Shown here piece after piece: positions 1 through 13,054 of a stretch of 64,000 nucleotides of DNA. A model generated the notes under the pieces. The model did not search any database. It saw nothing but the letters and a program-made list of their open reading frames with translations, and had not been told where the DNA came from. The stretch's first letter is position 1; the number at the start of each line of letters is the position of its first letter. The position numbers and the translations under genes were made by a program. The DNA lies in NCBI RefSeq assembly GCF_018977255.1, contig NW_024704743.1, positions 17,672,001 to 17,736,000 on the forward strand, given 5' to 3'. Origin of the DNA: Callorhinchus milii (Eukaryota).

Positions 1-210
1 ATCTCGCCACCCTCTGTGTGAAGAAGTTCCTCCTGAACACTCTGTTAGATCTATTACTAGCTATCTTATAATTATACGTTGTGTAAAAATGTTAGGAATT
101 TTTTAGTTCTGTTTTTATTATTCATCGTTTAAACACATATGTTATCATAACCACCATTGCACACTAATCTCTACACTTTACTCAGCTTGTCTGTGTATTA
201 TATTTTTTAG

Positions 211-280
211 TGGAATGTTTCATGATGGCAATCACACGTACATAATCGAACCACTACTGAGGAACGATGAAAACATATTG
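211..280 (+). CDS. ADAM22: ADAM22 exon, prodomain: GMFHDGNHTYIIEPLLRNDENIL
   Basis: ttttttag|...|gtaagt; resembles human GMFYDGNHTYLIEP. Confidence 0.95.
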
Positions 281-460
281 GTAAGTCTTGTTTTACAAAT
301 GTTATATGTTGTAAAGTGAAGTTAACAATGTAATGATGGTTTAAAGCTGTAATGTAATGATACTAATAGGGTTTCAAGACTTTTTTCATATTTTATATCT
401 TAGTCTAAATTTTGAATTAAAATAATAATCAGAACTTCAAGCTTCTTCTTGCAACATTGA

Positions 461-796
461 TGCAAGCGAGAGGACTTGAGTTTGATTCCCGGGCAGGCCG
501 AAACGTTGGACAAGCTTCCTTCCTCCACACGCCTTTTTTACCTTGTAGTAAGGAGGAACCTGGTTGTCAGTCGATTGGCAGATCGCTTTTCCGGGGAGTA
601 ATAATTCCTTCAAAATAAATAAAATTATTTGGTCACTCATCTATGACTGCTTGTGGGACACTGCTGTGCGCAATTGGCTGCTGCGCTTCACAAAATATAA
701 AGTCAATTCACTTTACAGTATATTCTGTGAAGCGCTTTGAGACGTCACAAAGACATGATAAGGCGCTATATCAAAAATCCAAGGATTATTATTATT
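461..796 (+). mobile_element. tRNA-derived SINE, 5'-truncated
   Basis: B-box-like gtttgattccc, family body, tail gcgctatatcaaa..ggattattatt. Confidence 0.9.
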
Positions 797-3074
797 ACAT
801 CTCTGCGCCTCTCCAACCTGCTCACACCTCACTGGCAACGTTCAGCATTCTGAGACCTGCGTGAAGGGCACTATGTAAATACAAGTTGTTTAAAATCCTC
901 AAATTATATCTATTTGTAGACATCACCTGCTAATTTAATGAGTTTATCAATGGAATCCAGTATTAGGCACAACCTATTGCCATATATGCTAACTGCTTTC
1001 TACGACCTCTATGTCCCTTAGATGAATATTTGCAATATCCTGTAAATTGCTCTCCTGTAGAATCCTATGATCACTGAAGTACCTAAGTTACTAAGGGCAC
1101 TCTAATTTGGTGTTATTATGTACTCTCAATAAGGAACAATATTTCCTATTATAACATGATAACAATTAGCCTCATTCATTATTCTTATCAAATTTCACCA
1201 GCTCTAAATTTATACATCCTTATAACCTTAGCAGTTTTGCCTGGCTTCTGAATTAAAATTCAATTTGAGACTTCTCAAAAATTCTACACGACCGTAAAGC
1301 TTAAGATGATGCTCTTAAGGCTAAGGCGATGAAAGCCTCACAACTTCGTATAGAGACCCAAGAAAGCTGAGGCCAATAAATGTAGGGATAGACAAGTGGG
1401 AGGATTTCTGCTCTGGTAATCTAACAATGCCAGAATGGTTCAATTCATGCTTACATGAATATGTGAAGAACATTCCTTGTGTGGGCTATTCACAGATTAC
1501 GTAAGAAGTCAAACGTTTCAAGTGTTTGAAGAAAGGCAAAAAGCCAGCAGAATTGCGTGCCATTTTTGTTATTGTGGTGTTGCAATGGCATTTGTACCAT
1601 TCCTTTGTATGTTTGTAAAGAAATAAAGAAGCACTTTTGTGAAGATGATAACCTTTAAAATGTAAGGACAATTTTAGTTCCTATAATGTCGGCAGATCAA
1701 CGTATGAGACCAGTGACTTTTATCCCACTGGGTGTGTAATGTGCATATTTAGCACTAAAATCTCTTAAAGCAAGTACATTACAAACAGACCTTCAAGTGA
1801 TGGCCGACATTAAACAGCTGAATAAACGAAAGAGCAAAACCGCACAATTAAGCTGTTCTGTTCTGCTATTAGGCAGCAGTCAGCAGCCCCTCACAGATCT
1901 TTTCAACACTTCAGCAGATAGAAAGGCACATCACTCCATTCTTCATGACTGCAGAATTCCGAAGGTGCACATATATAACCTTTAAGGATTTGACTGGTTG
2001 CCAAGTAATATCTCTGAGGTAAACAATCACTTGTGAAACTGATTATATTGTCAGAGAGAAAGAGGATGGCTTGGCAGCTAATGTTTTCAATTGATGATTG
2101 ATTTAAAGATCAATATTGATAGGTGACAGAGAAGATCTTTTGTTTTTCTGCACCATCACCATTTGAACACTATAAATAATCAGAGGCTACTGTACCAAAT
2201 TTCAATAATAATAATAATAATCCTTGCATTTGCTTATCCCTCGTCAAGATGCTTCAAAGTGCTTCACAGAATATACCGTAAAGTGATTTTCCCAAAATAA
2301 TAAACTTTAACCTGTAGGTGTCAGCATTTGGAATATACTGTGGATAGTGAGTTACAAGGGATTACAAGCAGATTTCAATACATTAAACCCATGGCTTACT
2401 GGACTCCAGAATTCAGACCCAGTCAGACCAGGGCTGAACCCCCAAAACATTTGGTAAAAATCTTTGCGAGGCCACGAGCAAGTAAACTTCCACCATCCTA
2501 CTCTCCTAGCACACGTCAATACCGTGCTGAGCAATATAATAATAATAATAATCCACCTCACAGACTCCACCTTGCTAACCCTACCAGTGACCAGGGATAT
2601 CAACTTACACTCCTATTATAATAATAATCCTTGCATTAGATACAACGCTTTATTGCATCTTTGAGACGTCTCAAAGCGCGTCACCGAATATACTGTAAAG
2701 TGAATTGACTGTATATTTTGTAAGCGGAATTTTTGAATCCCACAAGCGGAAGACAGCTTATCTATCATCTTCTGCTTGCGGAAGACATTAACTTATTTGC
2801 TATCTTCTGCTTGCGGGATTCAAACAATTTTAATGCCAGTTCAATTCTAATTATACTTAGCCATAAGGTCTGTCTCACCAGACAGGATCTCCCCCCAATT
2901 ACTCCGGCTAGCCAAGGTTTAAGTGTACTTTACAAATAATATTTGTATTTGATGCAGCATGCTTCACATTGGTAGGTCATCTCTAAAGTGTTTCACACGA
3001 TTTACTGTAAACTCTAGCGACTTTGCATTTTATAAGTGAATACGGCAGCCAATAGCATACATTAATGTCCCATA

Positions 3075-3428
3075 GAGTACTCGCCTCACAAGTGAGAGGA
3101 CCCTGGTTCGATTCCCAGGTAGGGTGAAATGTTGGGAAAGTTTCCTTACTCCACACGCCTCTGTTTACCTAGCAGTAAGTAGGAACCCGGTTGTTAGTAA
3201 ATTGGTGGATCGCCATAATAATTCCTTCCTCCAAACAATATTAAGAATTTGGTCACTCAGTCCACGACTGTTGTGGGACACTGCTGTATGAGCAATTGGC
3301 TGCTGCATTTCACAGACAAAAATATACAGACAATTCACTTTACAGTGTATTCTGTGAAGCGCTTCGAGACGTCTCGAAGACATGATAAGGCGCTATATCA
3401 AATGCAAGAATTGTTATTATTATTATTA
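3075..3428 (+). mobile_element. tRNA-derived SINE
   Basis: ggttcgattcc B-box, shared body, (TTA)n tail. Confidence 0.92.
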
Positions 3429-5064
3429 GAAGCAGTCAGTCTCCCTTTGTAAGACCTTTGTTGTGTCCTCTGATTCCACAGTTCACCCCCAACTTGGTAT
3501 CACCTGCAAATTTAACTACCTAATGTAGGTCTGGGAATCCAGGGTTCCTAGTACAGACCCCTAGACACCCCCTTAATACCTGCTCCCATTTTGCCCAAGC
3601 TTCCTTTCCTAATTCACTTTGTGTCACATGCATGATTGAGTGGGTTACAAGTTAATGATCATATAGTTTGCTGAACACAAATATAGCATCATATTTTTTA
3701 CTATAAGCCTTTATATTAGAAATAATTTTTGAAACCAATTTAAAGACGTTTATGACGGTTGTGCTCTCTAGCGGTTCTGCAACCTTGCTTCTGAGCCCTG
3801 AAGCTATCACTGAACAGATGTTGGACCTAAAACAGCTGGATTATGAGATAGCTTTCTCTTTCCCTTCCTGGAGAGTAAGATGTTTGATGTGGGTATCACT
3901 GACAAAGTGACAGCTTTGACATATTGGCTAATGGAGTGAGCTGAAGGCAGGTGGCTTGACGCATTAGGCTAGCAATCTCCACAAGATCTCAGCATGCTCA
4001 ATAAGTAGAAACATTTGTGACTGACATTATCAGTGATGTCTCAGACAGGAATAAAACGTACTACGTGTCTTTTAAGGGCTGACCTTTCCAATTTCAAATA
4101 AATAATTGATTTGTTTCAGCTTCACTGAAAATTGGCATAACAGTGTGTTTCCACCTTTGAAGTCCAGCTATTTTTAATCTTAAAATAAAATGAAGTCACC
4201 ACTAATCCTTGTTAGTGGCGGTGTCAGAATGAATACTCACCAGTGCATGGTACGCAGATTTCAGTCGGTGGGGACTACACCAATGGTTGTCAGTGAGTGT
4301 GTACTAATTTCTTTTGGTCGGCCGAGTGACTGACTCACACAAAACCCATCAGAAGTCTTAAGAATGTCGAAAGCAACTAAACTGTGGAGTTACTATGCCT
4401 ATGTGGCATATGCTCTATGTCTCTCTCCAGTTTTGTTTTCCAATTATAGCTTGATAAATGATCTACAAAGAAGAAGGTGATATACGACAGAGAATATAAA
4501 GGGTTGAGTAAAAGAAAAAAAAACTAAATATATAAGTTCCCAGTCTTAACGGCAAATTCTACTTGCATCAAGTAGTTTTCGATGTTTCTCTTTGTTTCTG
4601 TCGACAGACCTGCTGACAGTCTATATTTGTTATTTGGACTGTTGTTTCTCAGATTTTTATATATGAATACCAGTAGGTTATAATAATAAATATTAATAAT
4701 CCTTGCATTTGATATGATGCCTTAATATATCATCAAGGCGTCTCAAAGCGCTTCGCTGGATTCATTGCAAAATGTAGTAACTGTGTGCTTTGAAGGCAAA
4801 TGTGGCAGCTAAACTGTGCACAGCAATGTCCCGCAAATAACCATGAAGTGAATGACAATTTTATCATTTTTAATTTGGGAGATTGCTGGCCAGGAAAGGC
4901 AATTTTTAAAAAAAAATTGTTACGGACTCCATTATGTAAATTAGTAAATTAAAACACTGGTCACTCAGCACCTGGAAGAGAAAAATAGGTTTAGTGCTTT
5001 GAGCTGCTATCTTGCTTGAAGGGTTTCAAATAAATGCATGTTATTGTATGGAACGTTGGTGTCT

Positions 5065-5858
5065 TATTCAGCCCTCAACTGACTTTTAAACCTCACATAT
5101 GTGCCATGATCGGTTCTGCCTTCTCCCACTTCCGCAACATTGTTTGCCTTTGCCACTAACTTTCCCCTCAGGCCACCGAGCCCTCGTCTATGCTTCCATC
5201 ACATCCAGGCTATGCTAACTCCCTGCTTGTTCGGATTATGCTAAATCGCTGCTTGACACACTTCCCAACTCTTCCCTCCACAGGCTGCAGATTATTCAGA
5301 ACTCTGCAGCTCGTGTCCCCTCCTGCACCAAACTCCGTGACGCTATTATCCCCATCCTCGCCCGGCTCCACTGGTTCCCCCAGGGGATCGAATTTGAGTA
5401 GAAAGTGATCCTTATCATCACATTGCTTGTTGCTCCTTCCTACCTCTGCGACCTACTAATACTAACACCTTACCAACCTTCCCACTCCCTCTGCTCGGTG
5501 GGCACTGGCCTGTTCCATGTCCCCCTCCCTGTTTGCCCCACCAGTGGTCCACCATCAGTGGTCAGGTTTTCAGCCTTCTTGTCCCCACCCTCCTTCCTTT
5601 GGAGATTCTACCTCCTGGTAAGATTGCGCTGATACATCCAGAATCCTTTCATCTCGCCCCCTCCCTTGCCTCCTTCAAAGCCCGTCTCAAGACCTTCCTC
5701 TTTGACCATGCCGTTAAACATCCTCCCACCCCCATTCCCCTTGTCCTCCACCCCTGTTGATTCCAAGGGTGCAAAGTCTTCACTGCCCAGCATCTTGGGA
5801 TGTCCTACCGATATGAAAGGTGCTATACAGATGCATATAGTTTGTTGTTGTTGTTGTT
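5065..5858 (+). mobile_element. L2 LINE 3' fragment containing an exon-derived insert
   Basis: LQIIQNSAARV and LASFKARLKTFLF remnants; (TTG)n tail. Confidence 0.88.
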
Positions 5859-6191
5859 TAGGTTTCTGGGCACTGAGTACCTTGTTCAAAAATGCTATCT
5901 TTTTCTCTTTCTGATTCTGATCAACCCTCTGTGGATTTACCTCAATTCTGCTTTCATGTCAGATTTCTGCCATTTTTACCATTTATAAAAATCACATGTT
6001 TTACTCTGCTATGAATGAATACAGAGGTGGGTTACTTTGTAAATTAAAAGTCAAGCATGAAAATCTTTTTGTAAATGCAGGTTTCAATTGAACTATGGAA
6101 CAAATCAAATGATACTTAGCACGTTGCTGAAAATAGTGGGTTCCAAATGAGACATTGTTATGTGGAAGACGCCATAAAACCAGATATTTGT

Positions 6192-6563
6192 GGAGTCCTG
6201 TAGCATATTGGTTAGAGCATTTGCCTCACAAGCAAGAGGACATGGATTTGATTCCTGAGCAGAATGAAAAGTTAGGCAAGTTTTCGTACTCCACACGCCT
6301 CGGTTTACCTAGCAGTAAGTAGGAACCCGGCTATTAGTCGATTAGCGGATCGCTTTCCGGGGGTAATAATCCCTTCAGAAAAAAATAGAATAATTTGGTC
6401 ACTCAATCCACAACTGTTTATAGAACACTGCTGTGCACAATTGGCTGCTGCGTTTCCCGCACAAAATATGCAGTCAATTCACTTTACAGTATATTATGCA
6501 AAGCTCTTTGTGACGTCTCGAAGATGTGATAAGGCGCTATATCAAATGCAAGGATTTTTATTA
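6192..6563 (+). mobile_element. Full-length tRNA-derived SINE
   Basis: ggagtcctgtagc..ggttagagca head through ggattttt tail. Confidence 0.92.
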
Positions 6564-6854
6564 CTAAGTTAAACAGCCCAGAAGAAGACTAAATTCAAGT
6601 TTTTTTCTGAGAATATTCTGAGGTTTAGAACACAGATAATTATTATGGCAACCAGAGGCTATGCACCGGAAAGGCAATGTTAGGGTGGTTTGTGATGAAA
6701 TTACAAGACTGCAATGTGATGAACAAAGATTCAACAAAAAAAAAGTAGATGGTCAGGAAAATTCAGATTTCCAAAGCAATGGATCACTTCTAAAACATCC
6801 ATAGTTAAAATGCTTTATTCGAGTCACTTTCTCTGTTTTCCTTTGACCTCACAG

Positions 6855-6918
6855 AACGAGTCTCATTTGGTTTACCAAGCTGCAAGACGTCACCTTCCTT
6901 TGGAGATTCTACCTTCTG
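6855..6918 (+). CDS. ADAM22: ADAM22 exon, prodomain: NESHLVYQAARRHLPLEILPS(D)
   Basis: cacag|...|gtaaga; phases 0/1 fit neighbours; HxVY prodomain motif. Confidence 0.85.
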
Positions 6919-7467
6919 GTAAGATTGTGCTGAAACACGGTATACATGAGAGTATGTGCTCAATCTCAATTCAACATCAAATACGTTATAAAATAAACCA
7001 TTTGATTTGCTTTATACATTAAGATATGTGTGAACTCACACAGATGAAAGATATTTGCTTGATTTCCTGTGGGTTTCAAGGAGACTGTATTTCACAGAGA
7101 AGATAGAATGGGTGTGTAATCCATGACAGGGTTTTGTGTGAACCTTGGAGAAAGTGGGCTTGATAGGCAAATGGCCTTTTCTCCTTCAATATCTTTCTTA
7201 AGCAACGAAAGCTATCAAATATTTCAAGTGGTCTAGAGTGTGTAATGTTGTGTTTGTTGCAAAGTTGATTCTGAAAAGCTAGAACTAAAATTCTTCATAT
7301 GAATATCAAACAATATCTAGTGAGTTATTTTTTATAAAATCAGGTAGTAGCATTGTGGCTCAACAATTAGGTGATGATGATGTGTTGTGGAAATATATGC
7401 ATGAACTTTTTTTCACCCACTCAGTAGCGAGTTAACATAAGTTAATGAGTTGCTGTGGAGAGGTGAC

Positions 7468-7797
7468 ATAATAATAATAATAATAATAATCCTTGCATTT
7501 GATATAGCGCTTTCCACGTCGGGAGGACGTCCCAAAGCGCTTCACAGAACACACTGTAAAGTGAATTGACTGTATATTTGTGGGCGAACGCGGCAGCCAA
7601 TTGCGCACAGCAATGTCCCACAAACAGTCGTAGATTGAAATGACCAATTTAATTATTGTTTTTGTTTTTTGGAGGGATTATTATTAGGCTCTGTGTGGAG
7701 TAAGGAAACTTGCCCAAGGTTTCGCCCTCTGCCTGGAATTGAACTCAGGTCTCTCGCTTGCAAAGCGAGTGCTCTAACCACTGAGCTACAGGACTCC
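7468..7797 (-). mobile_element. tRNA-derived SINE, short subfamily
   Basis: Reverse complement has A box tagctcagtgg and B box gttcaattcc; internal deletion shared with 48455-48770. Confidence 0.93.
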
Positions 7798-8310
7798 AGA
7801 CATAGAGGAAAGGAAAGTTAGAAAGGGAGCATTCCTAGTGATTAGCATCAGAGTGGCTCGGAACAAGATCTCAGATCCATTCTCTCATTTGGGGAAAATA
7901 AATGCCACCTGCAGATAATTTTATAATCTTTTTGGATAAATAATTGCATTTATTTACCTCTAGCTCTTCCATCTAAACTTACCATCCTTACCATCTAGGT
8001 CATTGTCTTATACAGTTCTCCTAAATGTGAATCAATTCACATTTCTGTTTATGTTTTCTTCCATAATGTTGCGTTCCTCTTGAGTATTTACGCCCTAGTT
8101 TGGTGTCATTTATCTGTGATTTTTGACATATCTCCTGTATCTGAGTCCAAATCATTTATGTACATGGTGAACAATAGTAGTTCCAATGCCTGCAGAACAC
8201 CACTTCCTAATTTTGCCAGTATGAGAAGCTGCCTCCCACTCAGATTAGTAACATTTTACTTCTTTACATAAGCAAATTTGTGTCATGCTTTGTATATAAA
8301 TGTCTTTCAG

Positions 8311-8378
8311 ACATTGAAAACAGTGACATCTTCAGGAGGCGTGCTGACCAAAAAGAGCTTTTAAGGAAGAAAAGGCAG
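8311..8378 (+). CDS. ADAM22: ADAM22 exon with furin site: IENSDIFRRRADQKELLRKKRQ
   Basis: tttcag|...|gtatgt; RKKR at the position of human RSKR. Confidence 0.9.
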
Positions 8379-8454
8379 GTATGTTCAATAATTTTCATTA
8401 TATCAACTTTGCAAAGAGTTAACAGTTACTGTAGTTTTAATTGAGCTAGCCCTT

Positions 8455-8650
8455 CTGCCTCTCTCCCTCTGACACTCCCTCCCTCCTTTGACTCCCTTTT
8501 CTCTCAGTCTCTTTCTCTCTGGATCTATAACTTCCTCTTTGTTGTCTTTCTCCTCTCTTTGTCTTTCTACGTCTTTCTCTATGACTTTATCTTTATGTCT
8601 CTAACTTTCCTTTTCTCTATTTCTTCCTTTGAGTCTCTGCTCATCTCTGT
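8455..8650. repeat. CT-rich low-complexity tract
   Basis: Mostly C/T on the + strand. Confidence 0.8.
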
Positions 8651-8659
8651 ACACTGCAG

Positions 8660-8980
8660 AACACAACAGGCAATTTACACACAGCAGTGTTTCACAAACA
8701 GCCAATGGAGTGAATGACCAATTTTATCTGGGGGATTGTTGGTCAGGAGAAACTCCTTTCGTTTATCGAGTAGTGCCATGGGGTCTTTAACATCCACTTG
8801 AACAGGCAGACAAGACCTCAGTTTAACATCTCATCTGAAGGCCAGCTCCTCTCACAATGTAGTCCTTCCCCAGCACTGCCCTTGAATGTCCCCCTAGATT
8901 CAGAACTCAAAGTCAGAGTGTGAGGCTTGAACACGCAAACCTGATTCAAAGGCGAGAATGCTACCAGCTGAGCCAGGGTG
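8660..8980 (-). mobile_element. Ancient DeuSINE (SacSINE/AmnSINE-like) relic
   Basis: tagtgccatggg.tctttaacatccac..cctcagtttaacatctcatctgaa core; similar at ~10860-10965, 18230-18545 and 35350-35535. Confidence 0.7.
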
Positions 8981-9167
8981 ACAAAATTCAGATGAGGGTA
9001 TGGTGTCGGTCAAGGTAGAAAAATTGACATCAAACCCTGACTCAACTAAGGTTGTTGCTGACATTGATCTTAAAATGGGAAAGAATACCAATTGTTTCAA
9101 TTCACTTATTTGTTTTAAAAATGTCCATTGCAGCTCACTATCTTGTGGTTCTGTTCTTGTGTTACAG

Positions 9168-9242
9168 GTCCATCGAATTCGCCGGAATGTTCAGAATGAG
9201 ACAAAGTACATTGAGCTGATGATTGTTAATGATCACTTTATG
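9168..9242 (+). CDS. ADAM22: ADAM22 exon: VHRIRRNVQNETKYIELMIVNDHFM
   Basis: ttacag|...|gtaaag; ETKYIELMIVNDH starts the metalloprotease-like domain. Confidence 0.97.
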
Positions 9243-9534
9243 GTAAAGGTTGCATTTTGTGTGATACAGGACTCTTTGATCACAAGTAGTATTCACTGTT
9301 TCTAATAATAAGCCGAGTATTTTATATTGCGCATATAACCTCAAAACGTTTCAAAGTGATTCACAGGTAATTGATGTCAAGGATAGTGACTGCACATTTA
9401 TAGGCAAATGTAGTGGATATTTTGCACACAGCAAAATTCTATCGATTTATTTATTTTTGGTCAGCGTCTGACACATGCAGAAACCCATCACCATGCTTAA
9501 GAGTATCCAAACCAAGCTGAGATTTCCATGTAAA

Positions 9535-9720
9535 TAATAATAACAATAATAATGCTTGCATTTATTATAGCACCTTCTCACGTCTTGGAGATATCTGAAA
9601 GCGCTTCACAGAATATATTGTAAAGTGGATTGACTGTTTATTATGTGGGAAAAATGCGGCAGCCAATTGCACACAGCAGTGTCCCACACACAGTCATGGA
9701 TTGAGTGACCAAATGTTTAT
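9535..9720 (-). mobile_element. SINE 3' half
   Basis: Reverse complement of SINE body and tail. Confidence 0.85.
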
Positions 9721-10314
9721 TATTTTTTAAAATTATTTTTTCTTTGAAGGGATAATCCCATTGAGTGCATTTATTTCCCAGAATTTGTGAAGCTGGATAT
9801 AATTGTGGTATAAACTAATCAAGTCTAGTCTATAATCATAATAATAATAAGAAGAAGAATAAGAAGAAAGTCCATATGGAGGTAGACTAGACTAAGCCAC
9901 ACCTCTGGAGAAAGAAAATCACCTATGTCTCTGGGGGAGATAAATGTTGAATAGCACAAAACATGTTTTGTGTTAGTACAAAGCCAAGGGCATGCCTTAC
10001 CTCATCAAACAAAGTTCATTTCACTTTTAAGCACAATTAATGGATACACAAAAGATTATACTCTTAAATGTGGCCCTCAGGTAACCTTTGGTAAAGGCTT
10101 TGCCTGATATTGTAGAAAACTGAACAGACCAGAAGTTTTCGGGTTGGTTTCTGCTCTGTTGGCAATAGAACTAGGCAATAGAATTAGCTTTCAAGCTTCT
10201 GGAAGGGAAAGGAGAAAGAACAGCTAAGGTGCCTGGTCATTATCCATTCCCCCTTCTTGCAAAAGTTGAATGCAGGGATGTTAGGGAAGGACAACGTTAT
10301 GTTTAGCTATCACT

Positions 10315-10725
10315 GTAAAATTCCAGAGGTAGATTGTTGGAATGGAATGTACACTTTCCCTGGAGGGACTCAGTCTGCTTACCTAATTCCGGAAAGTGTT
10401 AGGTGTAGGTTGGCAAGAACCAAGGCTTCGGAACCCCAGAGTGTGCGTTGGAGTACTGCTGGAGTTGGGGTAACCAGTTAAAACCGCAGAGCTTGCCATT
10501 GATATTGCTGTCTGCCAAGCTTTCCTGCTGCTTGTCCAGCTGGGACCACTGTACCAGTTTAGGCTTTGGCTTGCAGGGTTAAAAAGAGCTGAGTGGGACA
10601 ACTCCCTCCCCCAGTGACTGGTCTGCCCTTCCAGGTTCTGCCGATAATCCAGGCTGGCTGTGCTGTCATCAGCAATGCTCTGGAATACTGCAGACCCGTC
10701 TGGCTCAGGAACCGGACTACCAAGA
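10315..10725. repeat. Unclassified interspersed repeat (~450 bp family)
   Basis: Reverse-complement homology with 13055-13475, 19615-20040, 24637-24995 and 55440-55720. Confidence 0.8.
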
Positions 10726-12709
10726 CCGCCACAGAGCACGGGCTCGATTCTGACGTTCCGTTGCTAGGCAAGTCACTTTGGTCCCAGTTCAGCTCCAAGG
10801 AGACTCCACTTACCTCCCAACCCAAGGAGGATAGTCACCATTCTAAGATTCTAGCTAGAGTATTGTTGGTCAGAACACCAGGAGAAACTCCCTTCTCTTA
10901 AATAGTGTTCTGGTATCTTTAATATGCTCCCGAACAGGCAGATGGGGACTCGGTTTAATGTGTCATTGAAGCATTCAATAATTCACAGAGCAGTAATACT
11001 TGCACAAAGGCGCATGAGGCAGTGAATTCTCTTTAAGCCCTTTTTACATTCAAAGTTCTATTTTAAAACAGCTTAAAAATTGTTGTGTGAGACACACTCC
11101 AATGCCTATCTGGTACAAAAAAGAAAAACAGTGTTTCGCTATCAGGTTGCAAAGAATTGGGTTTTACAAAAAAGCTCCAAGAAAAATCATAATGATTTCA
11201 GATTCACTAACTCAAAGGGGAATATTTTCTTTGAAATTACTCCCCAACACATACACTGTTTCCCTTTAGCACACTTGGCAATGTGTAGATAACTTTTGCC
11301 ATTTATTTGATAATTATATTTACAAAGTAAAAACATGTCTCAAAGTGAAATGTATTACACTATTTCAAAAACATACTTGAAAGTATTACATTAGTGTTGC
11401 AATTTCTACTAAATGTTACTTCCCAATAATCTGCTGAATTTGATTATGTGTCATGGGTATTATTCTTGAGGTCAAACATCAACTACTGTTGCATACTCTC
11501 TAGACAAGGGTGGTTTATGTGACACACTTCTGGTTGTTATTTCCAAGGCAATTGAAATTCTCATGAATGACATCGATGAAGTGTCCAGTTTCACGGTACA
11601 GTCCAATCCCATTATAATATACAGTGTCCCGTAACTTAGTGGTTAGAGCCCGGGTTCGATTCCCAGGCAGGGAGAAACCTCAGGCATTTTTCCTTACTCC
11701 ACACGTCTCTGTTTGCCTAGCAGTAAGTAGGAACCTTTCAGTTTTCCATCAAGTATAGTGACTGTGTATTTGTAGGTGTACGCAGCAGTCAGTTTGCCAA
11801 CAACAGTGTCCAAGGCAGGTCTCGTGGCCATCTATCTAGATGACAACAGCACTTGAACATCCACTGTAAATGCACATGAAGGCAGTGTCACTTATCAGCT
11901 CACTTGAGAAATCTTCCTGACATGAAAGACACTACTTAAACATATTTTATTGTTGTTTCTTTGCACACAGGTACAGGGTAACCCATTGACTTGAATGACC
12001 CTGACAACCCCAGAAGTGTTGACCCTTAGAACAACATGGGTTCTCATTTCAGGAACCCCCAATTGTGCAAAGTTATAACTTACCTGAGCTGTCGCTTTGA
12101 ATCTACCTCATATCTAGACAGTAATCATCCCAACCCAAGCTGCACCCCAAACCAAGTTAATGCATCACACAAAAAAACATTGTAAATAGTTAAAATTATC
12201 CACACTAAAATAAAATAATAATTTAATAAATGTGTATAAGACCAGAACCGTGATTTAAAGAAAGTAATTTGATTTGGGGATTTAGATAGCATTGGTGATG
12301 GAATTTTAGGTTTAGAACTGTCTCACTGCTATTTAACATGCGGGATTTCTGGAAAACAGATTCTTTATCTAGAGCCACTTCTTGTGCAGCCGGAAATGTG
12401 TTTGTTTCTTTGTGGGATTGTCATAACTTGTGCAGGCATCACTGGATCTAGCTCGAGGCTACACCGTTAATCAACTGAGTCCTGCTACCAGTAATATTTT
12501 TGTAGGTAGAGTATTAAAGAATTTCACAGGTCATTTGTTTTCACTGATCTTGAGATTGTGAACAGTGTGCAGAAATAGATTTTAATGTGAACTATTAGAC
12601 ATTGTAGAATTTTCTAAAAATAATTCATTGCCTTTTGTGCATAATATTATAGCAGGCATTTGAAAATGTTGTTTCTCTGGGGTGACATGTTTTCTTTTTT
12701 GCTTTGCAG

Positions 12710-12781
12710 TTTAAAAAGCATCGTTTATTAGTGGGTATGACAAACAACTTTGCAAAGTCAATTGTGAACCAGGCAGATTTG
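12710..12781 (+). CDS. ADAM22: ADAM22 exon: FKKHRLLVGMTNNFAKSIVNQADL
   Basis: ttgcag|...|gtgagt. Confidence 0.96.
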
Positions 12782-13054
12782 GTGAGTATTGGTGAATATG
12801 ATGACTTCTCATAAGCTGCATGCGGATGTGGGCAGATGCTTAATTTGCTCAGGGTGCAAATGAAGGCAATACCTTCAACCTAGGCTGTAAATAAGTATGA
12901 TAAAATGAGTCTAGCCTTCCAAATGTCTTCACTGGCATATATGGTATATCAAATGATTAGTTACTGTCCTCCTGGGGTTGGGGGATGGGAGTAGGTCTGA
13001 AATAATAATAGTATGCAGAAATGAGCTTGCTGTAAATCACCATCTTTGCCGTCT

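Noticed and set aside
6192..6265. tRNA gene-like sequences here and at 7730-7797, 16354, 23078, 24119 and 48700-48770
   Set aside because: Each continues into the SINE body and tail, so they are SINE heads rather than tRNA genes.
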